The notes below the pieces were generated by a model. That model saw nothing but the letters and a program-made list of their open reading frames with translations, did not search any database and was not told where the DNA came from. A DNA stretch of 64,000 bases from Methanocaldococcus sp. 16A (GTDB taxonomy: Archaea > AGJL01 > Methanococci > Methanococcales > Methanocaldococcaceae): assembly GCA_049860595.1 (NCBI GenBank), contig CP187551.1. One strand, 5' to 3'. A program made the translations under genes and the position numbers. Below, in pieces: positions 19,960-30,759 of this stretch (positions are counted from its first letter, which is position 1; each line of letters starts with the position of its first letter).

Positions 19960-20835
19960 TTATTTATTTACAGTAAATTTCTCTCCCTTTACTTTAAATT
20001 TTAGTTCTTCATTGTTTGCATTTTTTATTAACAACTCTGCTAAACTTGGATTTGTTTTTAGCCCATAAACTGTTGTTGTAATTCTTGGGTTTATCTCTAT
20101 AATGTATATATCTTCATTTACTATAACATCAACTCCAACATATCCATTTAATCCATCTATACATTTAACTGCTTTAATAACTTCATTGAAAATTTTATCT
20201 TTTAATTTATGCTCAATATCTACTTCAGCTCCAACGAAGCCTCTCTCATCAATATACTGCCTATTTAAAGATAACGGATATATCTTTTTACCAACAATCA
20301 AAGAGACAGATAGATTTTCTCCTTCAATAAATTCTTGAATAATATAATTCTCATCAAATAAATTAAATTTTCCTCCACAGCTGTCTATCCTCTTAATTAC
20401 ATATTTCTTTGGAGGTAATGTTTTTGGCGTTCTTACAGCATTTTTTATTGCTAAGTAAGTTAAATATTTGTTTCCAGCAATAAATATTGCTTCTGAATTA
20501 CTACCTAAATTTTTTACTGGATATTTTTCTATAATTTTTGTTAAATTGTATAAAATGTTTTCATCCTCTGGGGCTATGGTTAGTGCATAATCCATTTTTT
20601 TATTTTTTAAGATGCAGTTTAATTTTTCTTCAATTTCTTTTTCATCTTCAATCTCAATTATTTTAAGGTTTTTAAAATCTTTATATTCATTAGCAAAATC
20701 TTTATAAATTAAAGATACCACATTATTAATCTCCAAGAATTGTTTTAATAAGGTATCAAACATCATTTTTCCTTCTTTTAAAATTCCCTCATCTTCAAAA
20801 CCAGAAGCAATGGCATATTCGAAAAATAGAATCAC
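19960..20835 (-). CDS. mfnD: Tyramine--L-glutamate ligase (methanofuran biosynthesis, ATP-grasp)
   Basis: FFEYA, EGKMM, IAPE, QEFIEG, LSLNRQ, GYVGVD and IEINPR.TT; syntenic position after dys. Confidence 0.82.
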   Translation of the reverse strand: MILFFEYAIASGFEDEGILKEGKMMFDTLLKQFLEINNVVSLIYKDFANEYKDFKNLKIIEIEDEKEIEEKLNCILKNKKMDYALTIAPEDENILYNLTKIIEKYPVKNLGSNSEAIFIAGNKYLTYLAIKNAVRTPKTLPPKKYVIKRIDSCGGKFNLFDENYIIQEFIEGENLSVSLIVGKKIYPLSLNRQYIDERGFVGAEVDIEHKLKDKIFNEVIKAVKCIDGLNGYVGVDVIVNEDIYIIEINPRITTTVYGLKTNPSLAELLIKNANNEELKFKVKGEKFTVNK

Positions 20836-20850
20836 AATACCACCTAAAAA

Positions 20851-21750
20851 TTATTTTAATTTCAATATATTTATAAGTTCTTCAGATGCATCTGTTGGCT
20901 CTTTAAATCCCATATAAACCTCTTTAACAATTTTTTTTATAAATTTCTCTTTATTTTTCTCAATTTTAGAGCTTTGAATGCATAAAGGGCAGTAATTTAA
21001 ATAATTTTCATCCTTTTTAATTTTTATTGGAAAGAGTTCAAAAAAGTTTATAATTATTCCATTGTCATATTTAAAAACTTCACAATTTAAACAGCTTGTA
21101 AATATGTATCCCTCTAAATCTTCTATAATTTTATCTTTTAAAAATCCGCAAGGGAATGAATTTATAATATTTTTTATTTCATCTTTTTTTAAGTTTAATT
21201 TTAAAAATTCATGCTCTATATTCTTCTTATTTAAAAAATCTAAAATCTTTTCTTTAGTTTTTTGTGGAACTAATGCTGGAAAGTCATAAGTTATTGCTTT
21301 GATGTTAAAAATGTTTGATAAGATATCTAAAGCATATAAATCATATTGACAATGGATTAAACAAATAACATCTTTTTTCTCTTTAGGAATTTCTTTGTAT
21401 AAAAAATAGTTACAGATATCTTGAAAAATGCCATCTTCAAATAGAGATTTAATTGCTTTTATTCTCTCCTCAAATAAAACTTTGTCAGTATAATCTTCAA
21501 CTCTTATAATTTCAAATCTATCTTTCATCTCTTCCCTTAATTTTCCAACGACCCAACCTCCAGGCCCTATAATTGTAGATTTATCACTTCTGTTTTTTGT
21601 GTAAATGGTTAATAGTTTTCCATCTACTTCAATATCTACTATATCAAATAATGCTTTATTTAGCCCTAAACTTTCTCTAATTCTTGAAACACTCTCCTTA
21701 ATCTCATTAATTAGCTGTATTTTTGACTGCAATGATTGTTTGCCCTCCAT
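20851..21750 (-). CDS. Conserved archaeal hypothetical protein (KH-like N-terminus, degenerate PP-loop-like body)
   Basis: [18 protein letters not shown] motif; PCG and CPLC; start uncertain because it overlaps asd. Confidence 0.6.
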   Translation of the reverse strand: MEGKQSLQSKIQLINEIKESVSRIRESLGLNKALFDIVDIEVDGKLLTIYTKNRSDKSTIIGPGGWVVGKLREEMKDRFEIIRVEDYTDKVLFEERIKAIKSLFEDGIFQDICNYFLYKEIPKEKKDVICLIHCQYDLYALDILSNIFNIKAITYDFPALVPQKTKEKILDFLNKKNIEHEFLKLNLKKDEIKNIINSFPCGFLKDKIIEDLEGYIFTSCLNCEVFKYDNGIIINFFELFPIKIKKDENYLNYCPLCIQSSKIEKNKEKFIKKIVKEVYMGFKEPTDASEELINILKLK

Positions 21751-22327
21751 AGACCTTCTCTCCTACTTTAACTGTTATATTGTAATTAGATGGGATTATA
21801 ACTGCTGTTTGTGAGCCTAATTTTATTTTTCCAATTCTTTGTCCTATTTCAACGTAATCTCCTTCTTTTATACTTAACCAGCATCTTCTTGCAACAAAAC
21901 CAGCTATTTGAACAACTCCAATATAGTCAGAACCATTTTTTATTATTGCTATATTTCTCTCATTTATTTTTTCTACATCCTTTAAAAATGCTGGATAAAA
22001 ACTACCATCAATATGCTTTATATATATAACTTTCCCACTTATAGGCGCTCTATTAACATGTACATCAAATGGAGACATGAATATGCCAACAACATAACAC
22101 CCATTAGGGAAGTATTTTGAAACATTTAAAACATAACAATTTCCATCTTTAAAAACTTCTGCTTTTCCATTTTTGTAGAATTTTATATACTCTACTGTTC
22201 CATCTGCGGGAGATAATATAATGTTATTTCCTTTTGTTATCTCTCTATCTGGGTCCCTATAAAAATAAACAGTAAATAACAGTAATGAACAAACAGCTAT
22301 AGCGAAAAATTTTTTATATTTTCCCAT
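21707..22327 (-). CDS. asd: Archaetidylserine (phosphatidylserine) decarboxylase proenzyme
   Basis: [38 protein letters not shown] and LGS cleavage site. Confidence 0.9.
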   Translation of the reverse strand: MGKYKKFFAIAVCSLLLFTVYFYRDPDREITKGNNIILSPADGTVEYIKFYKNGKAEVFKDGNCYVLNVSKYFPNGCYVVGIFMSPFDVHVNRAPISGKVIYIKHIDGSFYPAFLKDVEKINERNIAIIKNGSDYIGVVQIAGFVARRCWLSIKEGDYVEIGQRIGKIKLGSQTAVIIPSNYNITVKVGEKVYGGQTIIAVKNTAN

Positions 22328-22329
22328 AA

Positions 22330-22950
22330 TTACTCACCATGTTTATTGCACCATTTACATATTTCATACCCAAGAGTTTTTGCATCTTCCTCAGAATAAA
22401 AGTATATTATATTTTCTTCTTTTAATCTTTTTCCATAGGGGCAGTTTTTTGATATGTGGTATTTTTTACCATATTTTGAGGCATATATATTAGTTGGTGT
22501 TGGAGATAAATAGATATCTCTCTCAAAATTTTTCTTTTCTATTAACTTAAAATCATTTATATTGTTTAAGATTATTTCATATTTCCCTTGATAAATTGAA
22601 ACTTTTCCTTTAACCTCAACATAGTCTCCTTCTTTAATCATCGGGCTATAGCTTAATATATAGTTTAAAAGCTCTTCCCTTGTTTTTCCAAAAGCAACAA
22701 CATCTAAATTCCCAGTGCCATCATTTATAACAATTCTTGAAATGTTAATAACATGCCTGTATTTATCTCTTTTAATATACATATCTTGTATATATCCTTT
22801 TATAACAACATAATCTCCTTCTTTTATCTCAGCTATATGTTTTTCTTTTGGTTGGATTGGATTTAAAAATAGCCAGGTAGTGGAGATAATTATAAAACAA
22901 GTTAAAGAAAACAGTATGATATTTTTCTCAGTTAATTTCATTTTAAACAC
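22330..22950 (-). CDS. Membrane-anchored OB-fold protein with C-terminal Ada-like Zn-binding motif
   Basis: N-terminal TM; DGTG..V.GKV.IYQG.YEI OB fold; ASK.GKKYH...C..A..GY..CKWC. Confidence 0.72.
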   Translation of the reverse strand: MFKMKLTEKNIILFSLTCFIIISTTWLFLNPIQPKEKHIAEIKEGDYVVIKGYIQDMYIKRDKYRHVINISRIVINDGTGNLDVVAFGKTREELLNYILSYSPMIKEGDYVEVKGKVSIYQGKYEIILNNINDFKLIEKKNFERDIYLSPTPTNIYASKYGKKYHISKNCPYGKRLKEENIIYFYSEEDAKTLGYEICKWCNKHGE

Positions 22951-22979
22951 CTAACTATCTTTATAAAACTCTCTTTATA

Positions 22980-23119
22980 GCATTTATTGTTAATTACCTC
23001 ATTAATTAATGATGTCTTCCCACTGTTTATAGGGCCATATATAAAATAAATAAAATTTGGCTTCCCATCTATAATGGATAGAATTTTTTTATCTCATTTT
23101 CTCTTTTGAAGAATTTCAT
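22980..23119 (-). pseudogene. N-terminal remnant of an archaeal (MJ-type) AAA ATPase
   Basis: GGTG RBS, then ATG at 23119. Reads MKFFKRENEIKK / frameshift in T7 at 23084-23090 / ILSIIDGKPNFIYFIYGPINSGKTSLINEVINNK, with Walker A at 23013-23036; the similarity then ends. Confidence 0.8.
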
Positions 23120-23217
23120 TTTTTCACCAACAAAAATATAAATTAAGAAGTATTTTATTAATTTAAATACATAAATTAAGATGCCTAAAAAATAAAAAGA
23201 AAAAAGATTTAGAGAAT

Positions 23218-24921
23218 TTAGAGCATTTTAATTAACTCTAAAGCAGCTTCTCTTGTCTTCTCTCTGTCTCCTCCTGCAACTACAACGACATCGTGTCCGT
23301 TTGCTTCTCCTGGTAAGACAGCGATTGTTGCAGGGCTTGTGTTATCTAATGATAACTTACCAGCATCGACTAACTCTTTTGTTAATTTGTTTGCAACTGG
23401 TCCTCCAACTAAGACTAAGTTCTTGTCTGCTGTGTTTAAGCTAACTTCTGTGTCTAACTTAGCGATTGGTGCTGTTAATGTGCATGGTTCAACTGCATCT
23501 GCTTTAATACCTTTTAATTTTATGTCTGTGTTTAATACAGATGTCTCTTCTCCAACGTTTAATGTTGCATCTTTTGATACATCCATTAGATACTCTGCAT
23601 ATAATGCTGGAGCGTTATCATCATCCGTGAATTTTAAACATGCATAGTCATTTACGAAAGCAACTTCGCTTCCATCTTTTAAGGAATCTAATTTGTCACC
23701 AGTATATTTTAATGCAAGACCATATATTGCATTTCCATTACTGTCGCTTAATGGTTTTTCTTTTGCACCTGCTGGAACAGCACCTTCTGATAAATCATTG
23801 TCTGTTAGAGCTAATCCATTTCCTGCTGCATTTTTAGTTATTCCATATATTTTCCAATCTTTTACGAATTCTTTACCTAATTCATAGCCTTTTACATCTT
23901 TTGTGATTATCAATGATGCATATCCATAGTTTCCTCCAACATCTTGGAATGCATCATATACAATTACTCCTATATCTCCATATCTTAATTCAAATGGAGC
24001 CTGATCACTTTTGGATGCGACTTCTTTTCCATCTTTTAATATTGCAACATCTACTTGTGCAGTTCCTCCCCCAATTGGTATTAAAACACTCTTAACTTTT
24101 ACAGCATATCCATTTCCTAAATCATATGTTGTACCTTCTTTTATATTTCCTGAATATACCTTCTTACCTAAATAGATAATATTATCGTTAGTATCTACAA
24201 TTGTATATTTTTCTCCTAATAACGGAATTTCCATACCGATGAATAATTGCTGTAAGTTATTTAAGTCGGTTTTACCATCTTTAAATGCTAATGTTCCATA
24301 TACTAAATCCCCTGTATTTACTTCATAGTCATCATTTCCTATTTTTTTAACTGATGCTAATAAGAATTCTGCTGCATCTGCTGAAGTTTCACTGCTGACA
24401 TCATCTGGGTCTATGTCTTTATCTCTTACTAATGTTGGTAATCTTGATAATTGTTGGACTAAAGGATCCCCGTCACCATTTGCATCAGTTGCAGCATCAT
24501 CAACAAGTCCATCTAATATTGCAGTTGTTCCCAAGTTTGTTGTATAGTCTCTTTTTGGAGTTGTGAATATTAAAAACTGATCATTAGCATCATATAACGC
24601 ATTAATATCATTTGTTAAATCAGTTTCAGAAGCTACATGGACATATAAATCAGCACTACCATCTTCAACTTTTCCTTCTTTATAACACAATGAACCTATC
24701 TTAGCAGCAATGTCAGCTGCTGAAACGACATCCATTGTTGATGGAGCATTAGCTCCAACAACAACGTAACAGTTTGGTTGACCATCTTTAACTAATATAT
24801 CTTTTAATGCGCCAGTGTCTCCTAATTTTACAACTTCAGCAGAAATTCCACTAGCTAAAGCTGTAGCAACCATTGTTCCTCCAACTGCAATAGCACCGAT
24901 TTTCTTTAAGCTCATTGCCAT
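23218..24921 (-). CDS. sla: S-layer protein
   Basis: MAMSLKKIGAIAVGG signal peptide, VVVGA.APSTMDVVSAADIAAKIG, LVGGPVANKLT and VAGGDREKT: the conserved Methanococcales S-layer termini. Confidence 0.93.
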   Translation of the reverse strand: MAMSLKKIGAIAVGGTMVATALASGISAEVVKLGDTGALKDILVKDGQPNCYVVVGANAPSTMDVVSAADIAAKIGSLCYKEGKVEDGSADLYVHVASETDLTNDINALYDANDQFLIFTTPKRDYTTNLGTTAILDGLVDDAATDANGDGDPLVQQLSRLPTLVRDKDIDPDDVSSETSADAAEFLLASVKKIGNDDYEVNTGDLVYGTLAFKDGKTDLNNLQQLFIGMEIPLLGEKYTIVDTNDNIIYLGKKVYSGNIKEGTTYDLGNGYAVKVKSVLIPIGGGTAQVDVAILKDGKEVASKSDQAPFELRYGDIGVIVYDAFQDVGGNYGYASLIITKDVKGYELGKEFVKDWKIYGITKNAAGNGLALTDNDLSEGAVPAGAKEKPLSDSNGNAIYGLALKYTGDKLDSLKDGSEVAFVNDYACLKFTDDDNAPALYAEYLMDVSKDATLNVGEETSVLNTDIKLKGIKADAVEPCTLTAPIAKLDTEVSLNTADKNLVLVGGPVANKLTKELVDAGKLSLDNTSPATIAVLPGEANGHDVVVVAGGDREKTREAALELIKML

Positions 24922-24995
24922 ACTTTATCACCTAAGTTTTATATATTACTCTTTTATTATTCTTATTTGATTGACGGTATATACCTTCGACAAAC

Positions 24996-25013
24996 TACTA
25001 TATAAATCTTACG
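24996..25013 (-). promoter_or_regulatory. Probable BRE/TATA promoter of the S-layer gene
   Basis: Minus strand reads CGTAAGA-TTTATATAG about 80 nt upstream of the ATG. Confidence 0.55.
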
Positions 25014-25244
25014 ATATGAAACGGTTGTAACGATAGTTTCATAGCCAAAAATTTAGTTTATCTTTTGATATTTCATATTTACCATATAATTTCTGTTAAA
25101 TTATTAAATAAAAAAGTTACAAACATTTACAACTTTTTTAAATAGATAAAAATTAATTTCAATAAATTTAAATATTTGATAGATAGTAATATAAATCTTG
25201 CAGGAGATAATTTTAAAAATTATAAAAAATAACCTGTGATAAAA

Positions 25245-26018
25245 ATGAAGATGGCAATAACTGGAAAAGGTGGTGTAGGAAAAACTTTTATTGCTTCTAC
25301 CTTAATGAGATTGTTTGAAAAAAATGGTTTTAAAGTTATTGGAGTTGATTGCGACCCAAATCCTACATTAGCATTGGCTTTTGGGATTGAGGAAGAAATT
25401 ATTCCTTTATCTAAGAGGCATGATATAATAGAAGAAAGAACAGGAGCTAAACCCGGAAGTTATGGAAATATTTTTAAGATAAATCCCAAAGTTGATGATT
25501 TGATTGATAAAGTTGGTTATAAAATAGGAAACATTACTCTGTTAGTTATGGGGACTATAGAAGAAGGAGGAGAAGGATGTGTTTGCCCTGCTTCTGTTTT
25601 ATTAAGAAGGTTATTGAGACATTTAATTTTAAAGAGGGATGAAATAGTTATCTTAGATATGGAAGCAGGAATTGAACACTTTGGAAGAAAAACAATAGAT
25701 ACTGTTGATTTAATGCTTATTGTTATAGAGCCTACAAAAAAATCATTAATAACTGCAAAAAGAATGAAAAAGCTTGCTAAAGATTTAGGCATAAAAAATT
25801 TAGGAGTTATCGTTAATAAAGTAAGGGATGAAAATAAAGAATTATTAAAAGATATCATTGAAAAAGAACTTGGTTTAGAGGTTTTAGGATTTGTTCCTTA
25901 TGATGATGAGGTTATAAAAAGTGATTTTATAGGAAAACCTATTAATTTAGATTCAAAAGCCGTAAAAGAAATAGAGAGGGTATTTAACTACATTTTAAAA
26001 CTAAAAAATACTACTTAA
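25245..26018 (+). CDS. cooC: CooC/AcsF-type nickel-insertion ATPase (MinD family)
   Basis: GKGGVGKT, D.DP, GEGCVCP (CxC) and DMEAGIEHFGR. Confidence 0.85.
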   Translation: MKMAITGKGGVGKTFIASTLMRLFEKNGFKVIGVDCDPNPTLALAFGIEEEIIPLSKRHDIIEERTGAKPGSYGNIFKINPKVDDLIDKVGYKIGNITLLVMGTIEEGGEGCVCPASVLLRRLLRHLILKRDEIVILDMEAGIEHFGRKTIDTVDLMLIVIEPTKKSLITAKRMKKLAKDLGIKNLGVIVNKVRDENKELLKDIIEKELGLEVLGFVPYDDEVIKSDFIGKPINLDSKAVKEIERVFNYILKLKNTT

Positions 26019-26907
26019 TTTTGAAATATGGCTCTCTTCTATTAATACATTCAATAAAATATGGCTCTAAATTTTCTCCTCTCCTTAGTGGAGTTAAAAT
26101 ATCAACCAAGTTATCATCTCTCAGTAAACATGGCTTTAAATAGCCATCATAGGTTAATCTTATCCTTGTGCAGTGCATACAAAACTCACTATTATCCATA
26201 GGTCTTACAAACTCTATCTCTAAGTTATCAACAATATATTTTTTCCTATTTTGCATGAATTTTCTTGTTATAACTTTGTCAGCTTTTTCTTTAATCTCAT
26301 TTTCTATTGCGGAAATGTCATAGTAATACCTTCTTAAATTTTCATTTAAAGGAATAAATTCAATAATTTGTAAAATAGCCCCAATATCTCTACAAAATTT
26401 CATAATCTCAGATAAGTCTTTAATATTAATACTCATTGCTAAGAAATTAACCTTTAAAGGAGTTAATCCTACATCTATTGCTCTCTTTATCCCATTTATT
26501 ACTCTATTTACATCTCCAACCTTTGTAATTTTTTTATACAACGCTGGATTTAAGGTATCTAAGCTCACATTAACTCTATCCAATCCTGCATCTTTAAGTT
26601 TATCAGCTAAATTTTCTAAAAAAATTCCATTAGTTGTTAAAGAAATATCTTTTATTCTTTCATCTCTAATATTTTTAATGATTTCACAAATATCTTTCCT
26701 TAATAATGGCTCACCGCCAGAGATTTTTATCTTTCTAACTCCAAATTTTATTGAAGTTTTTGCTATAATTCCAATTTCTTCAGCAGTCATGTATCTGTTA
26801 TTATTTAAACTATGTCCTTCTTTATGGCAATAAAAGCACTGTAAATTGCATTTATTTGTTACAGAAATTCTAAAAGACCTAATATCTCTACCAAATCTAT
26901 CTCTCAT
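26011..26907 (-). CDS. moaA: GTP 3',8-cyclase (Mo/W cofactor biosynthesis)
   Basis: DRFGR, RISVTNKCNLQCFYC, GGEPLLR and FCMHCTRIRLT.DG.LKPCL. Confidence 0.95.
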   Translation of the reverse strand: MRDRFGRDIRSFRISVTNKCNLQCFYCHKEGHSLNNNRYMTAEEIGIIAKTSIKFGVRKIKISGGEPLLRKDICEIIKNIRDERIKDISLTTNGIFLENLADKLKDAGLDRVNVSLDTLNPALYKKITKVGDVNRVINGIKRAIDVGLTPLKVNFLAMSINIKDLSEIMKFCRDIGAILQIIEFIPLNENLRRYYYDISAIENEIKEKADKVITRKFMQNRKKYIVDNLEIEFVRPMDNSEFCMHCTRIRLTYDGYLKPCLLRDDNLVDILTPLRRGENLEPYFIECINRREPYFKIK

Positions 26908-27024
26908 AGTTATCCACTACTAAAAATTTAGAGAATTTAAAAAAAGATATTGGAGATTAATTATAAAAAAGCTACGTAATGTTTTTAAATTAATTAGAAT
27001 ATATAAATTTATTCATTATTTTCT

Positions 27025-27717
27025 TCAGTTTTTTCTTCTTTCTCTTTTTTTTCTTTCGAATGTTTCAACAAAGTTAATCTTTTCAACATCATCTAATCTT
27101 TTCAATATTTCGTTAGCAATAGCCATCTTAGCTGTTTGGATGTTTGGAATGAATGGAGCAAATTCTGGCAATTCTATTTTAACTGTTCCATTTCTTATTG
27201 TTACTTTTACATCACTTAATCTTGGAACATATATCTTTATAATTTCTTTTACCATGTCTTTTTTATCTTCAACAACTTCTTCAATTTTTATTCTGTATTT
27301 TACTTCCTTTCCAGCTAATTCATGGTTAAAATCAACTAAAACTCTTCCACTGTTTATGCTAACAATTTTTCCTGGCATTCCGTCAATTGTTATAGGTAAT
27401 CCTTTTATTGGCTTAATTCCTCTTTTTTTAAATTCTGATAATGGGACTAATTTTATTTTTGATGGGTCTCTCTTACCAAATGCCCTTTCTGGAGGTAAAA
27501 CAACTACTCTCTCTTCACCAACATCCATCTCTAATATAACCTCATCCAATCCTGGTAACACTTGCCCTTCTCCAGCAAAAATAGCAACAGGACCATAAAC
27601 TATTGCAGGATTATAAATACCTTCTTTTTTAGCTAATTCTTCATTAGTTGTGTCAAAGAGTTTTCCATCAACGTATCCATCATAGCTAATTTTTACCATT
27701 TTTCCTTTTTCTACCAT
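27025..27717 (-). CDS. Long-type FKBP peptidyl-prolyl isomerase
   Basis: [20 protein letters not shown] and [10 protein letters not shown]; ATG at 27717 follows a GAGGTG RBS. Confidence 0.92.
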   Translation of the reverse strand: MVEKGKMVKISYDGYVDGKLFDTTNEELAKKEGIYNPAIVYGPVAIFAGEGQVLPGLDEVILEMDVGEERVVVLPPERAFGKRDPSKIKLVPLSEFKKRGIKPIKGLPITIDGMPGKIVSINSGRVLVDFNHELAGKEVKYRIKIEEVVEDKKDMVKEIIKIYVPRLSDVKVTIRNGTVKIELPEFAPFIPNIQTAKMAIANEILKRLDDVEKINFVETFERKKRERRKN

Positions 27718-27860
27718 ATCTTCCACCTCTATTAATTTAGCCAAAGTTCAATGATTTGATGAGTTTAAAATGTTTTCATAATTTTTAATATAAACACTAT
27801 ATAAATATAACTGACAAAGAACAAAAAAGTTTAAATATTACAATAAATTATAATTAATTA

Positions 27861-27960
27861 AATAATGCCTTCGCAATTTATATTATTTTGCTAATGAAAA
27901 AATGATGCTAAAGTCATCAAATATTCCTTCATTAATATTTATACCTGCGAAAGACCTATT
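27861..27960. repeat. Palindromic MITE-like repeat, family A (opposite orientation, degenerate left end)
   Basis: Ends CCTGCGAAAGACCTATT; internal TGATGCTAAAGTCATCA; the reverse complement aligns with the copy at 60765-60862. Confidence 0.8.
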
Positions 27961-27992
27961 AAGAAACTGAGAGAATGGTAAATGGGATGTAA

Positions 27993-28409
27993 ATGGATAT
28001 TGGCTATATATTTATATTGGTAGGGTTTTTATTAATGGCATTAGAAACTGTAATTCCTGGGTTGTATTTTCCTGCTTTAGGAATAGCTCTATTAATATAT
28101 GGAATAGTTTTATTGATAATTCCACAATATGCATTTATTTCTGCAATAATTGCAGGAGTTCTAACTTTAATAATATTACACAAATTTGTCTATGGCGTAG
28201 GAAAAGAAATAAAAGTTGGAGCTGAACGATTTATAGGAAAGATTGGAGTAGCAATTGAAGATTTTGAAGAAAATGGCTATGGGAGGGTTGAGATAGAAAA
28301 TCAAGTATGGTTGGCAAAGTCCAAAGATAAAATAAAAAATGGGGATAAAGTTGAAATTGTGGGGGTTGAGGGGGTTTCATTAATAGTTAAAAAGTTTGAA
28401 GGTGAATAA
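27993..28409 (+). CDS. NfeD family protein
   Basis: LMALE..PGLY TM region; G.G.V.IE..W.A.S; [13 protein letters not shown]; paired with an SPFH gene. Confidence 0.88.
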   Translation: MDIGYIFILVGFLLMALETVIPGLYFPALGIALLIYGIVLLIIPQYAFISAIIAGVLTLIILHKFVYGVGKEIKVGAERFIGKIGVAIEDFEENGYGRVEIENQVWLAKSKDKIKNGDKVEIVGVEGVSLIVKKFEGE

Positions 28410-28410
28410 T

Positions 28411-29226
28411 ATGTTTTTCTTTTGGTTAATATTGGGAATTATAGCATTGTTTATAATTGTTAAAGCAATAGTTATTGTCAATCAGTATGAAGGAGGTTTA
28501 ATATTTAGATTGGGAAGAGTCATTGGAAAACTAAAACCCGGAATAAATATAATTATTCCATTTTTAGATGTGCCTGTTAAGGTTGATTTGAGGACAAGAG
28601 TTACTGATATCCCTCCTCAAGAAATGATTACAAAGGATAATGCAGTAGTAAAAGTGGATGCAGTTGTTTATTATAAGGTTGTAGATGTAGAGAGAGCAAT
28701 ATTAGAAGTTGAAAATTATGAATATGCAATAATAAATTTAGCACAAACAACATTAAGGGCAATAATTGGAAGTATGGAATTAGATGAAGTCTTAAATAAA
28801 AGAGAGTATATAAATTCAAAACTATTGGAAATTTTGGATAGAGAGACAGATGCTTGGGGAGTTAGAATTGAAAAAGTTGAAGTTAAAGAAATAGACCCAC
28901 CAGAGGATATTAAAAATGCAATGGCCCAACAGATGAAAGCAGAGAGGTTGAAAAGAGCTGCTATATTAGAGGCAGAGGGAGAGAAGCAGAGTAGGATTTT
29001 ACGGGCAGAGGGAATTGCTGAGAGTTTGAGAATTGAGGCAGAAGGGCAAGCTAAAGCAATACAAATAGTTGCTGAGGCAGCAAGACAATACTTTAAAGAT
29101 GAAGCTCAATTGTATAAGGCTTTAGAAGTGGCTAATAATGTTTTAAAAGATAATGCAAAATATGTTATCTCAGAAAATGTATTAGATGTTGTTAGAAACT
29201 TTATTAAAAAGAATAAATCAGCTTAG
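28411..29226 (+). CDS. SPFH/stomatin-like membrane protein
   Basis: [31 protein letters not shown] and [16 protein letters not shown]. Confidence 0.92.
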   Translation: MFFFWLILGIIALFIIVKAIVIVNQYEGGLIFRLGRVIGKLKPGINIIIPFLDVPVKVDLRTRVTDIPPQEMITKDNAVVKVDAVVYYKVVDVERAILEVENYEYAIINLAQTTLRAIIGSMELDEVLNKREYINSKLLEILDRETDAWGVRIEKVEVKEIDPPEDIKNAMAQQMKAERLKRAAILEAEGEKQSRILRAEGIAESLRIEAEGQAKAIQIVAEAARQYFKDEAQLYKALEVANNVLKDNAKYVISENVLDVVRNFIKKNKSA

Positions 29227-29271
29227 CAAAATTATATATAAATCTTTTTTTATAATATTTTACGCTCATAC

Positions 29272-29376
29272 TTATAGTTTTGTGCAAAATAAATAAAACT
29301 TTATAAGGAAAATTTGAATGTCTTCTAAAAGGAAGACATCCATTAATGCCTTATTTATTATAAATCAAAACTATAA
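29272..29376. repeat. Palindromic MITE-like repeat, family B, copy 2
   Basis: TTATAGTTTTGTGCAAAA ... GAAAATTTGAATGTCTTCTAAAAGGAAGACAT ... TCAAAACTATAA, matching 13185-13309. Confidence 0.85.
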
Positions 29377-29493
29377 TGTCTCATTTTTATAAATCATTAA
29401 TAAAATAAGCAATAAAAACACAATAGCTGCTTTTACGATTTTAAAAATTGGTTATAAAACAAAATTTAAAAATAAAGGTTTATGGTGATAGTT

Positions 29494-30759
29494 ATGGCAT
29501 CAAATGATTCAAAACAATTATATTTATTTAAAAAAATGTTAAAAGAACTAAAAACAAAAAAAGGTAAAGGTACAGAACTTATTAGTCTTTATATCCCAGC
29601 AGGTAGAAGAATATCTGATGTAGCTCAGCATTTGAGAGAGGAGATGTCACAGGCATCAAATATTAAAAGTAAAAGTACAAGAAAAAATGTTCAATCAGCA
29701 ATAGAAGCAATTTTGCAGAGGTTGAAGTTATTAAAAGAACCTTTAGAGAAAGGAGTTGTTATATTTGCTGGAATGGTTCCAAGAAGTGGTCCAGGAACAG
29801 AAAAAATGGAAACTTATGTTATAGAGCCACCAGAACCAATAAAAACTTATATCTACAGATGTGATTCAGAATTTTACTTAGAACCATTAGAGGAATTTTT
29901 AGAGGATAAAGATGTTTATGGAATAATATTAGTTGATAGAAATGAGGCAACAATAGCGTTAGTTAAAGGAAGAAACATAAACATCTTAAAAAAACTAACA
30001 AGTGGAGTTCCTGGAAAGTTTAAAGCAGGAGGGCAGTCAGCAAGAAGATTAGAAAGGCTTATAGATTTAGCCGCTCATGAGTTTTTACAGAGAGTAGGGC
30101 AGAAAGCAAATGAGCAATTCCTTCCATTATTGCAAGAGAAAAAACTTAGAGGAATTTTAGTTGGGGGGCCTGGACATACAAAAAACGAGTTTGTTGAAGG
30201 AGATTATCTACATCATGAACTTAAAAAGATTGTCTTAGATACATTTGATTTGTGCTATACAGAAGAGTTTGGTATAAGAGAACTTTTAGAGAAAGCTGCC
30301 CCATTATTAAAAGATGTTGAGTTGATGAAAGAGAGAGAGGCTGTACAAAGGTTTTTAAAGGAATTAATTAAGGAGGATGGAGGATTGGCATGCTATGGTG
30401 AGAAAGAGGTTTTAGAAGCTTTAATGATGGGGGCAGTTGATACTTTAATTGTTTCTGAAGAATTAGAAAAATATAAGATAAAAATAGCATGTAATAACTG
30501 TAATTACTTAGAAGAGAAAACAGTTACAAAACTTGAGCTTATTAAATTGGAAGAAGAGCTTAAAAATGAACAATGTCCAAAATGTGGAGGAGCTTTAAGT
30601 ATTGTTGAAGAAAAAGACTATATTGAGTATCTTTCAGAGTTGTGTGAGCAGAGTGGAGCTAAGCTTATAACAGTTTCATCAGAAACAGAAGAAGGGGCTA
30701 TGATTTTAAATGCATTTAAGGGAATAGCCGCTATATTAAGATATAAAATTCATCAATAA
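29494..30759 (+). CDS. prf1: Peptide chain release factor aRF1
   Basis: GTELISLYIP, ASNIKS, Y.CD, GGQS motif and a CNNC/CPKC zinc mini-domain. Confidence 0.97.
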   Translation: MASNDSKQLYLFKKMLKELKTKKGKGTELISLYIPAGRRISDVAQHLREEMSQASNIKSKSTRKNVQSAIEAILQRLKLLKEPLEKGVVIFAGMVPRSGPGTEKMETYVIEPPEPIKTYIYRCDSEFYLEPLEEFLEDKDVYGIILVDRNEATIALVKGRNINILKKLTSGVPGKFKAGGQSARRLERLIDLAAHEFLQRVGQKANEQFLPLLQEKKLRGILVGGPGHTKNEFVEGDYLHHELKKIVLDTFDLCYTEEFGIRELLEKAAPLLKDVELMKEREAVQRFLKELIKEDGGLACYGEKEVLEALMMGAVDTLIVSEELEKYKIKIACNNCNYLEEKTVTKLELIKLEEELKNEQCPKCGGALSIVEEKDYIEYLSELCEQSGAKLITVSSETEEGAMILNAFKGIAAILRYKIHQ

